Source: an uncultured delta proteobacterium (GTDB lineage Bacteria > Desulfobacterota > Binatia > UBA9968). From it: a stretch of DNA of 64,000 nucleotides. Of the stretch, positions 9,509-18,993 are shown in pieces. The stretch's first letter is position 1; each line of letters begins with the position of its first letter. Made by a program: the position numbers and the translations under genes. Under the pieces are notes generated by a model. It was not told the DNA's origin, did not search any database, and saw only the letters and a list, made by a program, of their open reading frames with translations. The stretch spans positions 64,001 to 128,000 of the forward strand of contig CAVYTU010000017.1 of assembly GCA_963771465.1 (NCBI GenBank), written 5' to 3'.

Positions 9509-10501
9509 TCAGTTTTTCGTCGGGTAGCGTTTTGCCATTTCGTTGAAGAAGCCTTCCTTTTCTAACTCTTGGAGAAAGCTCAAGTCAACGAATTGTTCGG
9601 GTTTAAAATTCTTGGCGTTGGGCAGCGTCGGCGCGAGCACGTCGAGCATGAACTGAATGCCTTTCATGGTCGGGTAAGGCTTCTTGGGAATCGACTTGAT
9701 GTAACCGTTGTAAGAATCTTCAAGCACTTCCGGATTGTTGGTGCGCATGTATTTGGCGAAGACTTTCTGCGCCGCCGCTTTGTTGGCGTAAACCAGATAG
9801 ATCGCCTCGACAAAGCCTTTGAGCGCGCTTTTGACGACGTCGCGGTTGGCGGCGATATAGGCGCGCGACGTGGCGAAACCGTTGCCTTGCACTTCGACGC
9901 CGAGATCGCCGACCGAAACGATTTCCGTCAAGCCCGCCTTGCGCGCCAGCGGCGCCGCCGAGGAGGAGACGTAGGTCGCATCCAAGACCCCGGTGGTGAC
10001 ACTGGCGATACGCTCGGTGTCCAGACCTGCCGGGACCAGGGTCAATTCTTTCAATTCAACGCCGATATGGCGGGCGACAATGATCGAGGCGTAATGAGTT
10101 GCCGAATTGAAACCAGTAATGCCGATCTTCTTGCCCTTGAGCTGCTCCAACTGGGTGATGCCGGGACGAGTGAACACGATCAGGTCGTATTTATTTTCCA
10201 CCGCCGCGGTGAGCACCAGATTATGGCCTTGAATCGTCGCCTGCACGACAGTGCCGATGTTGACGATCGGCGGATCGCCGCTGACCAACGCTTGTGTGGC
10301 AACTTGACCGCCGCGGAAAAGAATAGGTTCCACTTCCAGGCCATACTTGTTGAAGAGCCCCATCTCGCGCGCGACCCAGACGTTGCTCTGGCGAAAACTG
10401 AGCGACGGGTAGCCGATCTTGATGCGCTTGAGGGTCTGCGCGTCGGCGACACCGAATTGGCATAGGACGATTAGGGCGAATAGGACGAATATTTTCGTCA
10501 A
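9509..10501 (-). CDS. ABC solute-binding protein, NMT1/TauA/SsuA-like
   Basis: Signal peptide then QTLKRIKIGY, GLFNKYGLEVE, LKGKKIGI, FVDLSFLQELEKEG. Start uncertain (TTG near 10501). Confidence 0.8.
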   Translation of the reverse strand: MTKIFVLFALIVLCQFGVADAQTLKRIKIGYPSLSFRQSNVWVAREMGLFNKYGLEVEPILFRGGQVATQALVSGDPPIVNIGTVVQATIQGHNLVLTAAVENKYDLIVFTRPGITQLEQLKGKKIGITGFNSATHYASIIVARHIGVELKELTLVPAGLDTERIASVTTGVLDATYVSSSAAPLARKAGLTEIVSVGDLGVEVQGNGFATSRAYIAANRDVVKSALKGFVEAIYLVYANKAAAQKVFAKYMRTNNPEVLEDSYNGYIKSIPKKPYPTMKGIQFMLDVLAPTLPNAKNFKPEQFVDLSFLQELEKEGFFNEMAKRYPTKN

Positions 10502-10508
10502 AGCTAAT

Positions 10509-11501
10509 CTATTTACTCGGATATCTTTTCGCCATCTCATTGAAGAACCCTTCTTTTTCCAATTCTTGGAGAAAGCTCAGATCGACAAATTGTTCCGGCT
10601 TGGCGTTTTTCGCCTGGGGCAGTTGCGGCGCGACCAGGTCGAGCATGTACTGAATGCCCTTGAGCGTGGGGTAGGGCTTCTTCGGAATCCACTTGATGTA
10701 GCCATTGTAAGAATCTTCGAGCATCTCCGGATCATTGGTGCGCATGTATTTGGCGAAGACTCTTTGCGCCTCTTTCTTGTTGGCGAAGACAAAATAAATC
10801 GCTTCGACGAAACCCTTGAGCGCGTTTTTCACAGTGTCACGGTTGCTCGCAATATAGCTGCGCGAAGTGGCAAATCCGTTGCCTTGTACTTCGACCCCCA
10901 AATCGGCAACGGAGAACAGCTCTACGAAGCCATTCTTGCGTGCCGGGGCTGCCGCCGAAGAGGTGAAGAATGTTGCGTCGATCCTGCCGGCCAACATGGC
11001 TCCCATCCGTTCCGCGTCCGGTCCAGTGGGAACCAGCGCGACGTCTTTGTTTACCTCCAGGTTAAGGTGCTGGAACAGGATATTGGCCGCGTTATGGGTC
11101 GCCGAGCCGTAGCCGCTGATGCCGAACTTCTTGCCTTTGAGTTCTTCGAGCTTGCTGATGCCTTTGCGGGCGAAAACGATCTGATCGTATTTGGTTTCGA
11201 CGGCAGCGATCAGCACGAGGTTATAGCCTTGCAGGCTCGCTTGCACCACCGTGCCGATGTTGACGATGGGCGGATCGCCGGCGACCAGCGCCTGGGTCGC
11301 CATCTGGCCGCCGCGTAAAAAGATCGGTTCAACCTCGAGGCCGTATTTCGCGAACAGTCCCATCTCCCGTGCGACCCAGACGTTGCTTTGGCGGAAACTC
11401 AGCGACGGATAGCCGATGCGGATACGCTTCAATGTTTGGCCGTCGGCGGCCGTGCACATGAATAGGACAACTGGGAGCAATAGGGCCAATGATTTTTTCA
11501 C
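10509..11501 (-). CDS. ABC solute-binding protein, NMT1/TauA/SsuA-like (tandem paralog)
   Basis: Closely similar to the 9509 gene; GTG start at 11501 with an AGGTG RBS gives a clean signal peptide. Confidence 0.85.
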   Translation of the reverse strand: MKKSLALLLPVVLFMCTAADGQTLKRIRIGYPSLSFRQSNVWVAREMGLFAKYGLEVEPIFLRGGQMATQALVAGDPPIVNIGTVVQASLQGYNLVLIAAVETKYDQIVFARKGISKLEELKGKKFGISGYGSATHNAANILFQHLNLEVNKDVALVPTGPDAERMGAMLAGRIDATFFTSSAAAPARKNGFVELFSVADLGVEVQGNGFATSRSYIASNRDTVKNALKGFVEAIYFVFANKKEAQRVFAKYMRTNDPEMLEDSYNGYIKWIPKKPYPTLKGIQYMLDLVAPQLPQAKNAKPEQFVDLSFLQELEKEGFFNEMAKRYPSK

Positions 11502-11625
11502 GTTACACCTTTCGATGAATGATTGATTACCATGTTCAGCCCATTTGATCGCTTCGTCGTTGCGGCAGCTGTCGACATATTCGCTCGGCGGTGGGAACAG
11601 GAGACAAAGGTATGCGCAATATGTC

Positions 11626-11707
11626 ATCGAGGATCGAAGGTCGAGAATGGAAAATCGAGAATCGAGGATTGCTAGCATTGAGCATCGACCTCCAGCTTCG
11701 ATCCTCG
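11626..11707. repeat. Heptamer (ATCGAGR) array closing into a hairpin
   Basis: atcgagg atcgaag gtcgaga atggaaa atcgaga atcgagg; CGAGGATCGAAG pairs with CTTCGATCCTCG at 11696-11707. Confidence 0.6.
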
Positions 11708-11744
11708 GCTCGTGCCAATCGATTCTAACTGACCGCGCCTCCCA

Positions 11745-14258
11745 TCAACGGTATAACTCTGGATCGGCGCCGGCGTTGGTGCCGGTGCGGATGTGCGGAT
11801 AAAGCGAAACGCCGCCGGGGCGGCCTTGAACCATGAAGTCGATGGGTATGAAGCCATCGAGTAGCGGGATTGGCAACTGGACGCCGGCGAAGGCGCCGCC
11901 GCGATCGTTGCCGACAGCGAGCTGATTACCCCAGAGTCCCGTAGGCAGGGTGCCGGTCATGCTGAAGCGGCTCGCTGATATGCTGCCCTGCATCGGCGGC
12001 AATTGGTATTTGCTGCCGGGGTCGCGTTCGTTGTCGCTGAGCATTTGACTGTCTAACACTCTGGGGAAATTGCCGGTCGGGCCGCCGGCTTCGCGCACCA
12101 AGGTCAATGTTGCTTCCTCTCGTTCCTCGTTGCCGGCGCCGCGCCGTTCCCGTTCTGCTCGAATAATCGATCCGGGAAGATTTCTAATGCCGCCGACGCT
12201 ATCTCTTGCCCGTTGATTCACGTCGGCGAGGGCGACCTGGAGATTTTTCTCGCGCAAGGTGACGAAGAAACGCTCGGTGGTGGTTTTGGGCAGCGCATAG
12301 CTTTCGCTGCGCACGCCCCAGGGCGTCTGATAATAGACGAGCACTTCGCTATCGGTAACGAGATTGACACCGCGGTCGGCGAGCTCCAAGTTTTGCGCCT
12401 TGCCGTCGAACAGAGAGGCTTTCAGGCCAAGGCCGCGCGGGCCGTACAGCTCGGGATGCTCCATGAGAAACTGTTTGCTCATGCGCAAGCCCTGATTCTC
12501 TTGCTTAGCCGCGATGGCCAGCGATTTCATCGCTTCGGCTGCGGCCGGCGTATCGGGATGCTGGTCGATCACGCTGGTGAGATAATATTCGCGCAAATCG
12601 CGCTCCGAGCTTTTGCTCGCCGCGTTGAGCAGCGCCTTGGCCGATTTGTCCTTGAGGGCGGCCAGTTTCTCTTTGGGCGATCCCGCCAGTTCATGATAGC
12701 TGATCGCTTTGTCCAGCAGGCCGCGCTCTTCAAAGGCGTTGGCCAGGACTTGGTAAACTTCCGCGGCGTTGTCAGAGTTGGGATGGTTGCGCACGTAGGC
12801 AACGCCGGCATCGATGATCGGTTGAGCCGAAATCGGATTGTTGGTCATCACCGCATAAAAGTTCGTGCTCACCATCAGCGCATTGGCCATGCCCAAGCTC
12901 GCCACGGCCGCCGGACCGGCGGCAGCCATCGCGCCGGCGGCAAATAATAAATTCTTGCGCAAAAAATCCTCGCCGAGCAGCACGTATTTTGCGGATTGCA
13001 GCTGGCGATCCGTGCGCGCATCGTGAAACGGCGTGAGCAAATTGTATTCGGGACTCTGCAACAGCGCCGCGGCGCGTTGCCTCAGTTCGGGACTGCTGCT
13101 CGACTTGGCCAGCTCTTCGAGAGTTTTCTTGGCCGCCTCGCGCCAACCTTTTAGCTCTAGACCGACGGACTCGGCGTCGCGGGCGGCGTCGCCGAGCGGC
13201 TTGCCGTGGTATTTTCTGTCGAGGTCGATGGCGACGCGCTGGATCTGATTGCTGTCGCGTAAGCTCAGTGCTTGCAGCAGTCTGCTGACATCGGCCTTTT
13301 GCTCGGCGCTGCTATTCGACTCGGTGACCGCGGCCAAGGATTTTTTCTGCGCTGCGGCCTTTTCGCCAAGCGCTTTTTGCGCCTGCTCGCGGAGCTGCTC
13401 CGCGTCCTTCGATTGCGCGTCGAGGAACGACGCCAACTCGCCGTGAAATATCGCTTTGTCGAAGTCGCCCTTGGCCAGCGCTTCCTTGGCTTTGTCGAGC
13501 TGTTTACGTATCAGCGCCTCTTTCTTCTTCTTTTCGAGAGTGGCGATTTCTTTAGCGATGGCGGCATTTTTCGGGTCGTTGGGATAGCGTTTCAAGTGAT
13601 CGAGATCGCGCGCCAGCGCGCGCCGCTCTTCAATCGCCATGTCGCGGTCCATGAGCGCGTAAAGTTGTCCAACGGCGGTTTCCGCGGCGGCGCCGATGAA
13701 GTTGCCTGAAGCCACGCCAACGAGATCCACCGAGCTCAGTAAACGATTGGCCAAACCGCCCCAAAAATTGGTCGAGCTCTGGCGCATGAGCTGTTCACTC
13801 TGGTTTAGGTCGTCGCGGTTGATGATCGCTTCGAGATATTTCTGTCGAGTCGGCGCGCTGCTGTTTCTCAGGGCGTCTTTCTGCGCCGCCAGGTAACGCT
13901 CGCGGTCGTGGATCGTGTTATTGACCAAATCCTGGGCATGCTCGGTGAGGCCGGTGGTCGTGCCATGCTGTTTTTGCAGCCGGTCGTCTTCGGCTTGGAG
14001 CGCTTGCAGATGGCCCGCCAAGGATTCCTTTCGATTGGTCAACGCATCGATCAACAGTTCGCGCGCCCGCTTGTCGGTATCATCGGGGAAAAACTGCGGC
14101 GTCGTGCCGGCTTTCTCAAAGGGATCGTAATCCGGCATGGGATTGAGAATCTTTTCCAATTCCAATTGCCGTTCCTGAGCGGCGCCCTGGGTGATTGTCA
14201 CGGCTAGGAGCGCGAGGCACAAAGAGAGTGCGATCAGAGTGTTGGCTTGGCGCTTCAT
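11745..14258 (-). CDS. Large exported hypothetical protein (TPR-like helices, hydrophobic hairpins, C-terminal beta-rich region)
   Basis: 837-aa ORF with Sec signal; RYPNDP/NHPNSD/QHPDTP TPR-turn motifs; ATGA overlap with the upstream gene. Confidence 0.8.
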   Translation of the reverse strand: MKRQANTLIALSLCLALLAVTITQGAAQERQLELEKILNPMPDYDPFEKAGTTPQFFPDDTDKRARELLIDALTNRKESLAGHLQALQAEDDRLQKQHGTTTGLTEHAQDLVNNTIHDRERYLAAQKDALRNSSAPTRQKYLEAIINRDDLNQSEQLMRQSSTNFWGGLANRLLSSVDLVGVASGNFIGAAAETAVGQLYALMDRDMAIEERRALARDLDHLKRYPNDPKNAAIAKEIATLEKKKKEALIRKQLDKAKEALAKGDFDKAIFHGELASFLDAQSKDAEQLREQAQKALGEKAAAQKKSLAAVTESNSSAEQKADVSRLLQALSLRDSNQIQRVAIDLDRKYHGKPLGDAARDAESVGLELKGWREAAKKTLEELAKSSSSPELRQRAAALLQSPEYNLLTPFHDARTDRQLQSAKYVLLGEDFLRKNLLFAAGAMAAAGPAAVASLGMANALMVSTNFYAVMTNNPISAQPIIDAGVAYVRNHPNSDNAAEVYQVLANAFEERGLLDKAISYHELAGSPKEKLAALKDKSAKALLNAASKSSERDLREYYLTSVIDQHPDTPAAAEAMKSLAIAAKQENQGLRMSKQFLMEHPELYGPRGLGLKASLFDGKAQNLELADRGVNLVTDSEVLVYYQTPWGVRSESYALPKTTTERFFVTLREKNLQVALADVNQRARDSVGGIRNLPGSIIRAERERRGAGNEEREEATLTLVREAGGPTGNFPRVLDSQMLSDNERDPGSKYQLPPMQGSISASRFSMTGTLPTGLWGNQLAVGNDRGGAFAGVQLPIPLLDGFIPIDFMVQGRPGGVSLYPHIRTGTNAGADPELYR

Positions 14259-15184
14259 CGGTTGAGTCTCGTCATTTTTTCGAGAAAGCCGCGCGCCGCT
14301 TCGATTTTGCCCTGGGCTTCGATTTTTTCGATGATGCCGTCCACTTGTGCGACTTCGGAATAAAGTTTGAGCGCGGATTTAACGAACTGGTCAAATACCT
14401 TGGAGTCGAATGCCAAGCCTTCGGGATCGTACTGGGATGCATATTCTTTTGCAAGGAGCAGATAGAAGTCGCCGAAGTCGAGCAAATAGCGGTGGATATT
14501 TTTGCTCTGCTGGTGCTTGGTCACCAACTGGCTGAAGCCGACGGTCACCAACTGATTGCCTTCTTTGAGTCGGGCGCGATTGGCGTCGACGAAGGCGACT
14601 TTGGCGCGGTCGATGCGCTCTTCCTCGACCCTGGCGAGAAACTCATAAGGCGTTCCTTGATGGCGCTTGATCAGGGCATTCCATGCCGCGACTTTGTCGT
14701 CGAGACCGGCGATGTATTTGAACGGGTCGTCGAGCGGAATCGTCCGATCGAAAATGCGTAAAAAATTATCGAGAATCTCCGCGTTCTTGGCCGCCTCACT
14801 GCCGAGCCGGCCGTCGGTTTCTCCCACCTTGCGGTAAAGCGCCGCGGCTTGATCGTACTCGCGCAAGCGCTCGAGGGCGAGGGCTTTATTGTACTGAACG
14901 ATATCGGTGAACTGGCCGCGATTCTTGCGCTCATAATCGTCGAGGCGGATCAGCGTCGCCTTCATGATATTGATGCCGGTCACGTCCTTGGGAATCGGGA
15001 AACGATAGGTGTCCTCGCGCGCCAGCCGCTGAAAGTCTTTGACGATGTCAAGCAGGTCGCCGGCCGGCGCGTATCGCCCTTCGGGTGTGGCGCTGCGCGA
15101 CGAGCAACCGGCAAAAGAAAAAAATAAAAGTGAAGCGAAAAGCGCGTCAACGAAAGACCGTCGTGTTAAGCGAATAGAGCTCAA
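14255..15184 (-). CDS. TPR lipoprotein (BamD/CpoB-like helical repeats)
   Basis: TRRSF plus hydrophobic core plus lipobox FAG-C; YNKALALERLREYDQAAALYRKV TPR; KRHQGTPY and TKHQQSKN turns. Confidence 0.75.
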   Translation of the reverse strand: MSSIRLTRRSFVDALFASLLFFSFAGCSSRSATPEGRYAPAGDLLDIVKDFQRLAREDTYRFPIPKDVTGINIMKATLIRLDDYERKNRGQFTDIVQYNKALALERLREYDQAAALYRKVGETDGRLGSEAAKNAEILDNFLRIFDRTIPLDDPFKYIAGLDDKVAAWNALIKRHQGTPYEFLARVEEERIDRAKVAFVDANRARLKEGNQLVTVGFSQLVTKHQQSKNIHRYLLDFGDFYLLLAKEYASQYDPEGLAFDSKVFDQFVKSALKLYSEVAQVDGIIEKIEAQGKIEAARGFLEKMTRLNR

Positions 15185-15237
15185 GAGCGAATTCGGCGTG
15201 TATTAATTTTCGCGAAGCCCATGACAAAACCTGGGAG

Positions 15238-15266
15238 TATTTTCCGAGAAATCGCCGGCAAGTCAA
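15238..15266 (-). promoter_or_regulatory. Sigma-70-like promoter candidate
   Basis: Minus strand TTGACTTGCC-N11-GGAAAATA; the same layout occurs at 43251-43279. Confidence 0.45.
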
Positions 15267-15436
15267 GGGAGAGGTCTGAGAAAGTCGAGAAACGGCATGC
15301 CGTCTGTGATTTTGTCCGAGCGCAGGCGGTTAAGAGATCACCCATGGCGTAGTCAGCTTATCAGTGGACAAGCTGGGTTCCTTTCAGTCCGGTTAGGAAT
15401 TTACTGGGCTCTAATCGCTGCGTCGGCTATAATTCA

Positions 15437-16363
15437 ATGATGGGATTGCGAGGTATTAATCAAAGCCGATTCGTCGCGACAGGGGCATCATGGTTGCGTT
15501 CGGCGCGTGAATCCATCATCCATCGGGTTGTCGAAAGCTTGATTTGGCGACTTGGACTGCAGGGAATCAATGCCAGAGTCGCCACCATTGAACAGCAGCT
15601 CTCCGGCGTGACGACTTCCGTGTCAACTTGGGCGGTGACGAGTTGGATAGAACAGGCTTCCTTGGATCAGCATCCGCTCGTGTCGGTGATCTTGCCAACC
15701 CATAATCGCAGCCAGTTGCTTCGACGCGCAGTGACGTCCATCGTTAAGCAGAGCTATACGGACTGGGAAATTATTCTTATCGACGACGGCAGCAGCGATG
15801 ATACTCCTGCCGTCGTCGAACAATTGCAGCGTGAACTCGGCCAGCAAAAACTGCGGGCGATTTGCATTTCTCCCGGCGGTGTATGTGCCGCGCGTAACGT
15901 CGGCCTGGGAGCCGCCCGCGGTGAGTTGATCAGCTATCTCGACGACGATAATACGATGCACCCATTGTGGCTTAAGGCGGTGGTTTGGGCGTTCACTCAA
16001 CGGCCGGAAGTGGATGTCGTATATGGAGGAATTGCGGTGGACGATTTCAGCCGCTTGAATCACCATGGAGGGGGAGATATGCCGTCCTTTCATCTCAATC
16101 CTTTCGACGTGAGTACCTTACGCGAATATAACCTAGCCGATATGGGGGCGATCGCGCATCGTAAATTGCCCGACGCGCGTTTCGATGAGAGTTTGCGCGT
16201 TTTCGGCGACTGGGATTTACTCGTGCGCTTGACTCGTGAGAAGCCGCCATTGGTCTTGCCGGTGATCGCTTGCTATTACACCACTTCGGCGTCGAACCGT
16301 CTGAGCGAGCATCCCTCGTTCGCCACCGAAATTGATTTTGTGAGAGAAAGATCGAAGCGATGA
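15437..16363 (+). CDS. Glycosyltransferase family 2
   Basis: VSVILPTHNR, IDDGSSDDT, ARNVG, YLDDD, GDWDL. Confidence 0.9.
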   Translation: MMGLRGINQSRFVATGASWLRSARESIIHRVVESLIWRLGLQGINARVATIEQQLSGVTTSVSTWAVTSWIEQASLDQHPLVSVILPTHNRSQLLRRAVTSIVKQSYTDWEIILIDDGSSDDTPAVVEQLQRELGQQKLRAICISPGGVCAARNVGLGAARGELISYLDDDNTMHPLWLKAVVWAFTQRPEVDVVYGGIAVDDFSRLNHHGGGDMPSFHLNPFDVSTLREYNLADMGAIAHRKLPDARFDESLRVFGDWDLLVRLTREKPPLVLPVIACYYTTSASNRLSEHPSFATEIDFVRERSKR

Positions 16364-17949
16364 AAACTCGCACACCGATCGTGCTGTTGGGCTTCGACGC
16401 CTGCGATATCGGCGTGGTGAAAAATTTCGTCAAAGCGGGAAAGCTGCCGACATTTGGTCGGTTGTTGCGCGAATGGGCCTTCACACGGGTGCGCAATCCT
16501 CACGCTTTTTTCGTCAATAGTGTTTGGCCAAGTTTCTTTACCGCCAAGTCTGCCGGTCGACTCGGCTTTCACTGCTGGGAAACCGTTTCACCGAACTATG
16601 AATGGAGGCTGACTTCTCCTTTGGAAATTCAGGGTAGGCCATTTTGGTACGCACTCGGCGACGCCGGGCGAAGAGTTGCAGTGCTCGACGTTCCTCATGC
16701 ACGGGCTGCCGCGCGGGACGATATTGTCGAGGTGTCCGAGTATGGCGCTCATGATCGGCATTTCGGTTTTCGTACTTCGCCGCCAGGGCTGCGCGACGAG
16801 ATCGTCGGTCGATTCGGCTTCCATCCGGTATTAACCGTGGAACCGTACGTGGAAAGACTTTTTGCCGCAGACGACTACGTCCATCGCGCCGGCGCTCTCC
16901 GAACCGCGCAGGAAGAAGCGCTATTGTTGAGCGATTTGCGCAACGGGCTGCAGCGCAAGATCGAGCTTTCCAGATGGATTTACAGTCAGGATACGTGGGA
17001 TCTCTTTATTTCTATTTTTGGTGAAGGTCATGCTGTCGGACACCAATCGTGGTACCTGCACGATCCGACCCATCCGCGGCATGACGCCGCACTGGTGCGC
17101 GAAATCGGCGATCCGGTCGAGCAAGTCTATGCAGCGCTGGATTCGGCATTGGCAGACCATCTCACCTTGTTCGGCCCGGACTCGACGGTCTTCGTGCTGT
17201 TCAGTCACGGCATGCGCGCCCATTATGACGGCACCTATATTCTCGAGCCGGCGCTTGCCCGCTTCGATACGTACGAGCGGTTGGGCATCAGAGGAAGCAT
17301 GATGGGGCGTTTAGTTAAATCGACTTGGCAGCAACTTAATGATGCTTCCCGCGGTGTTCTAGCGCCACCCTTAATGGCGGCTTTGCGTCCGCATGTTCGC
17401 GCGCACCCGTCCACGCCACATTTTGAAAACGATATAGGACCTACCGTGCGTTCGCGGCAGCGCTATTTTATGTCGCCCAACAATACGGTCTACGGCGGAG
17501 TCAGAATCAATCTGAAGGGACGAGAACCTGCCGGTCGGGTATGTCCCGGCGCGGAATTTGACGCTGTGTGCGAGCAATTGAAGCAGGATCTAACGTCACT
17601 GATCAATGTGATGACCGGCGACCCCGTGGTTCGTTCGGTCGAGCGCACCGATGCACACTACGAGCGCGACGTCATCGACGAGCTGCCGGATCTACTGATC
17701 TATTGGAACCATGATGCGCCGGTTGAAACGGTCTGGTCTCCTAAAACTGGTGTGATACACGCGCCGTACTGGCACTGGCGGACGGGCGATCACCGAGCAG
17801 GCGGGCTCTTACTTGCCAGTGGTCCTAACGTTCCTGCCGGAGCCGATCTGGGCCGGATGGAGAATCGGGACCTCGGCCCGACGATCTGCGCCATGCTCGG
17901 CGTAGAGCTGACGAACGTCGATGGTTATCCGATGCCTGGGCTGGTTTAG
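16360..17949 (+). CDS. Alkaline phosphatase superfamily / nucleotide pyrophosphatase-phosphodiesterase
   Basis: LLGFDA, WPSFFT, HAVGH, FSHGM, INLKGREP.G, GDH, DLGPTI; ATGA overlap with the GT2 gene. Confidence 0.8.
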   Translation: MKTRTPIVLLGFDACDIGVVKNFVKAGKLPTFGRLLREWAFTRVRNPHAFFVNSVWPSFFTAKSAGRLGFHCWETVSPNYEWRLTSPLEIQGRPFWYALGDAGRRVAVLDVPHARAAARDDIVEVSEYGAHDRHFGFRTSPPGLRDEIVGRFGFHPVLTVEPYVERLFAADDYVHRAGALRTAQEEALLLSDLRNGLQRKIELSRWIYSQDTWDLFISIFGEGHAVGHQSWYLHDPTHPRHDAALVREIGDPVEQVYAALDSALADHLTLFGPDSTVFVLFSHGMRAHYDGTYILEPALARFDTYERLGIRGSMMGRLVKSTWQQLNDASRGVLAPPLMAALRPHVRAHPSTPHFENDIGPTVRSRQRYFMSPNNTVYGGVRINLKGREPAGRVCPGAEFDAVCEQLKQDLTSLINVMTGDPVVRSVERTDAHYERDVIDELPDLLIYWNHDAPVETVWSPKTGVIHAPYWHWRTGDHRAGGLLLASGPNVPAGADLGRMENRDLGPTICAMLGVELTNVDGYPMPGLV

Positions 17950-18020
17950 ATTCGCCTCAGATCTCTGACTCTGGAAAGAGTTGGCGAGGATGGTAATGGG
18001 GTTCGGTGCTTCGTGGGATT

Positions 18021-18872
18021 TTACAACATCCCGCTCGCAGAAAACGTATCGCACTGTTTTAGATCGCCGGTTTGGATGCCGGTGCGAAACCAGCGGACGC
18101 GCTGTTGGGCGCTGCCATGGGTGAAGCCTTCTGGCACGACATAGCCTTGAGAGCGTTTTTGTAGCGTGTCATCGCCGATCATCGCCGCGGCGTTCAGGCC
18201 TTCCTCGAGATCGCCTTGTTCGAGAATCTTTCGCTCCCGGTTGGCCAAACTCGCCCAGATTCCGGCCAGGCAATCGGCTTGCAATTCGAGACGGACTGAA
18301 AGTGCATTGGCGTCGCGCTCGCTGGCGCGCTGCTGGCGTGCCTGCACTTTGCCCATGATGCCAAGCAGGTTTTGCACGTGATGGCCGACTTCGTGGGCGA
18401 TGACGTAGGCTTGAGCGAAGTCGCCGGGTGCTTTAAAGCGGTCGCGCAGCTCGCGATAGAAGGCGAGATCGATATAAACCTTTTGGTCTTGGCCGCAATA
18501 GAACGGACCGGCCGCGGCTTGAGCAAAGCCGCAAGCTGACTGCACTCGGCCGGAGAACAGCACTAATTTAGGCTCAACATATTTCCTGCCTGCCTGCTGA
18601 AATATCTCGCCCCAAACCCGCTCACTGCTGCCGAGCACTCGCGCGACGAACTCGCGGCCTTCATCGCGCGCGCCCGACTGACTGGCGGACGGCGGCTCTT
18701 GGACGTTGGACTGCGGGTTTTCCTGCAAGATCGCGCTCGGATCGATGCCGAAGAAGAGCGCGATCAAGACCAAAGCGATGCTGCCGATACCGCCGCCGGC
18801 GACGCCTTTGGAGACGCGGAAACCGCGGCGGTCTTCTACGTTGCTACTTTCTTGTTCGTCATCGAGGCGCAT
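18021..18872 (-). CDS. ypfJ: Neutral zinc metallopeptidase, YpfJ family
   Basis: SSNVEDRRG, GPFYC, AHEVGHHVQ, ELQADCLAG, FTHGS. Confidence 0.9.
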   Translation of the reverse strand: MRLDDEQESSNVEDRRGFRVSKGVAGGGIGSIALVLIALFFGIDPSAILQENPQSNVQEPPSASQSGARDEGREFVARVLGSSERVWGEIFQQAGRKYVEPKLVLFSGRVQSACGFAQAAAGPFYCGQDQKVYIDLAFYRELRDRFKAPGDFAQAYVIAHEVGHHVQNLLGIMGKVQARQQRASERDANALSVRLELQADCLAGIWASLANRERKILEQGDLEEGLNAAAMIGDDTLQKRSQGYVVPEGFTHGSAQQRVRWFRTGIQTGDLKQCDTFSASGML

Positions 18873-18935
18873 GATGCTCCTCCGTATTCGGTAGTGCTAG
18901 GGACTAGACTTAGCAGAGAGCTTATAGGTCGGCAC

Positions 18936-18975
18936 AAAAAAGACAACCCCGCCGCGTTGCCGCGAGCGGGGTTGT
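18936..18975 (-). terminator. Rho-independent terminator of comEA
   Basis: ACAACCCCGC...GCGGGGTTGT stem followed by a T6 run on the minus strand. Confidence 0.7.
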
Positions 18976-18993
18976 TGTCGGACAAAGTGCGGG

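Noticed and set aside
11502-11678. N-terminal extension of the SBP ORF (MLAILDSRFSILD...)
   Set aside because: It is the translation of an intergenic heptamer repeat; GTG 11501 gives an RBS and a proper signal peptide.
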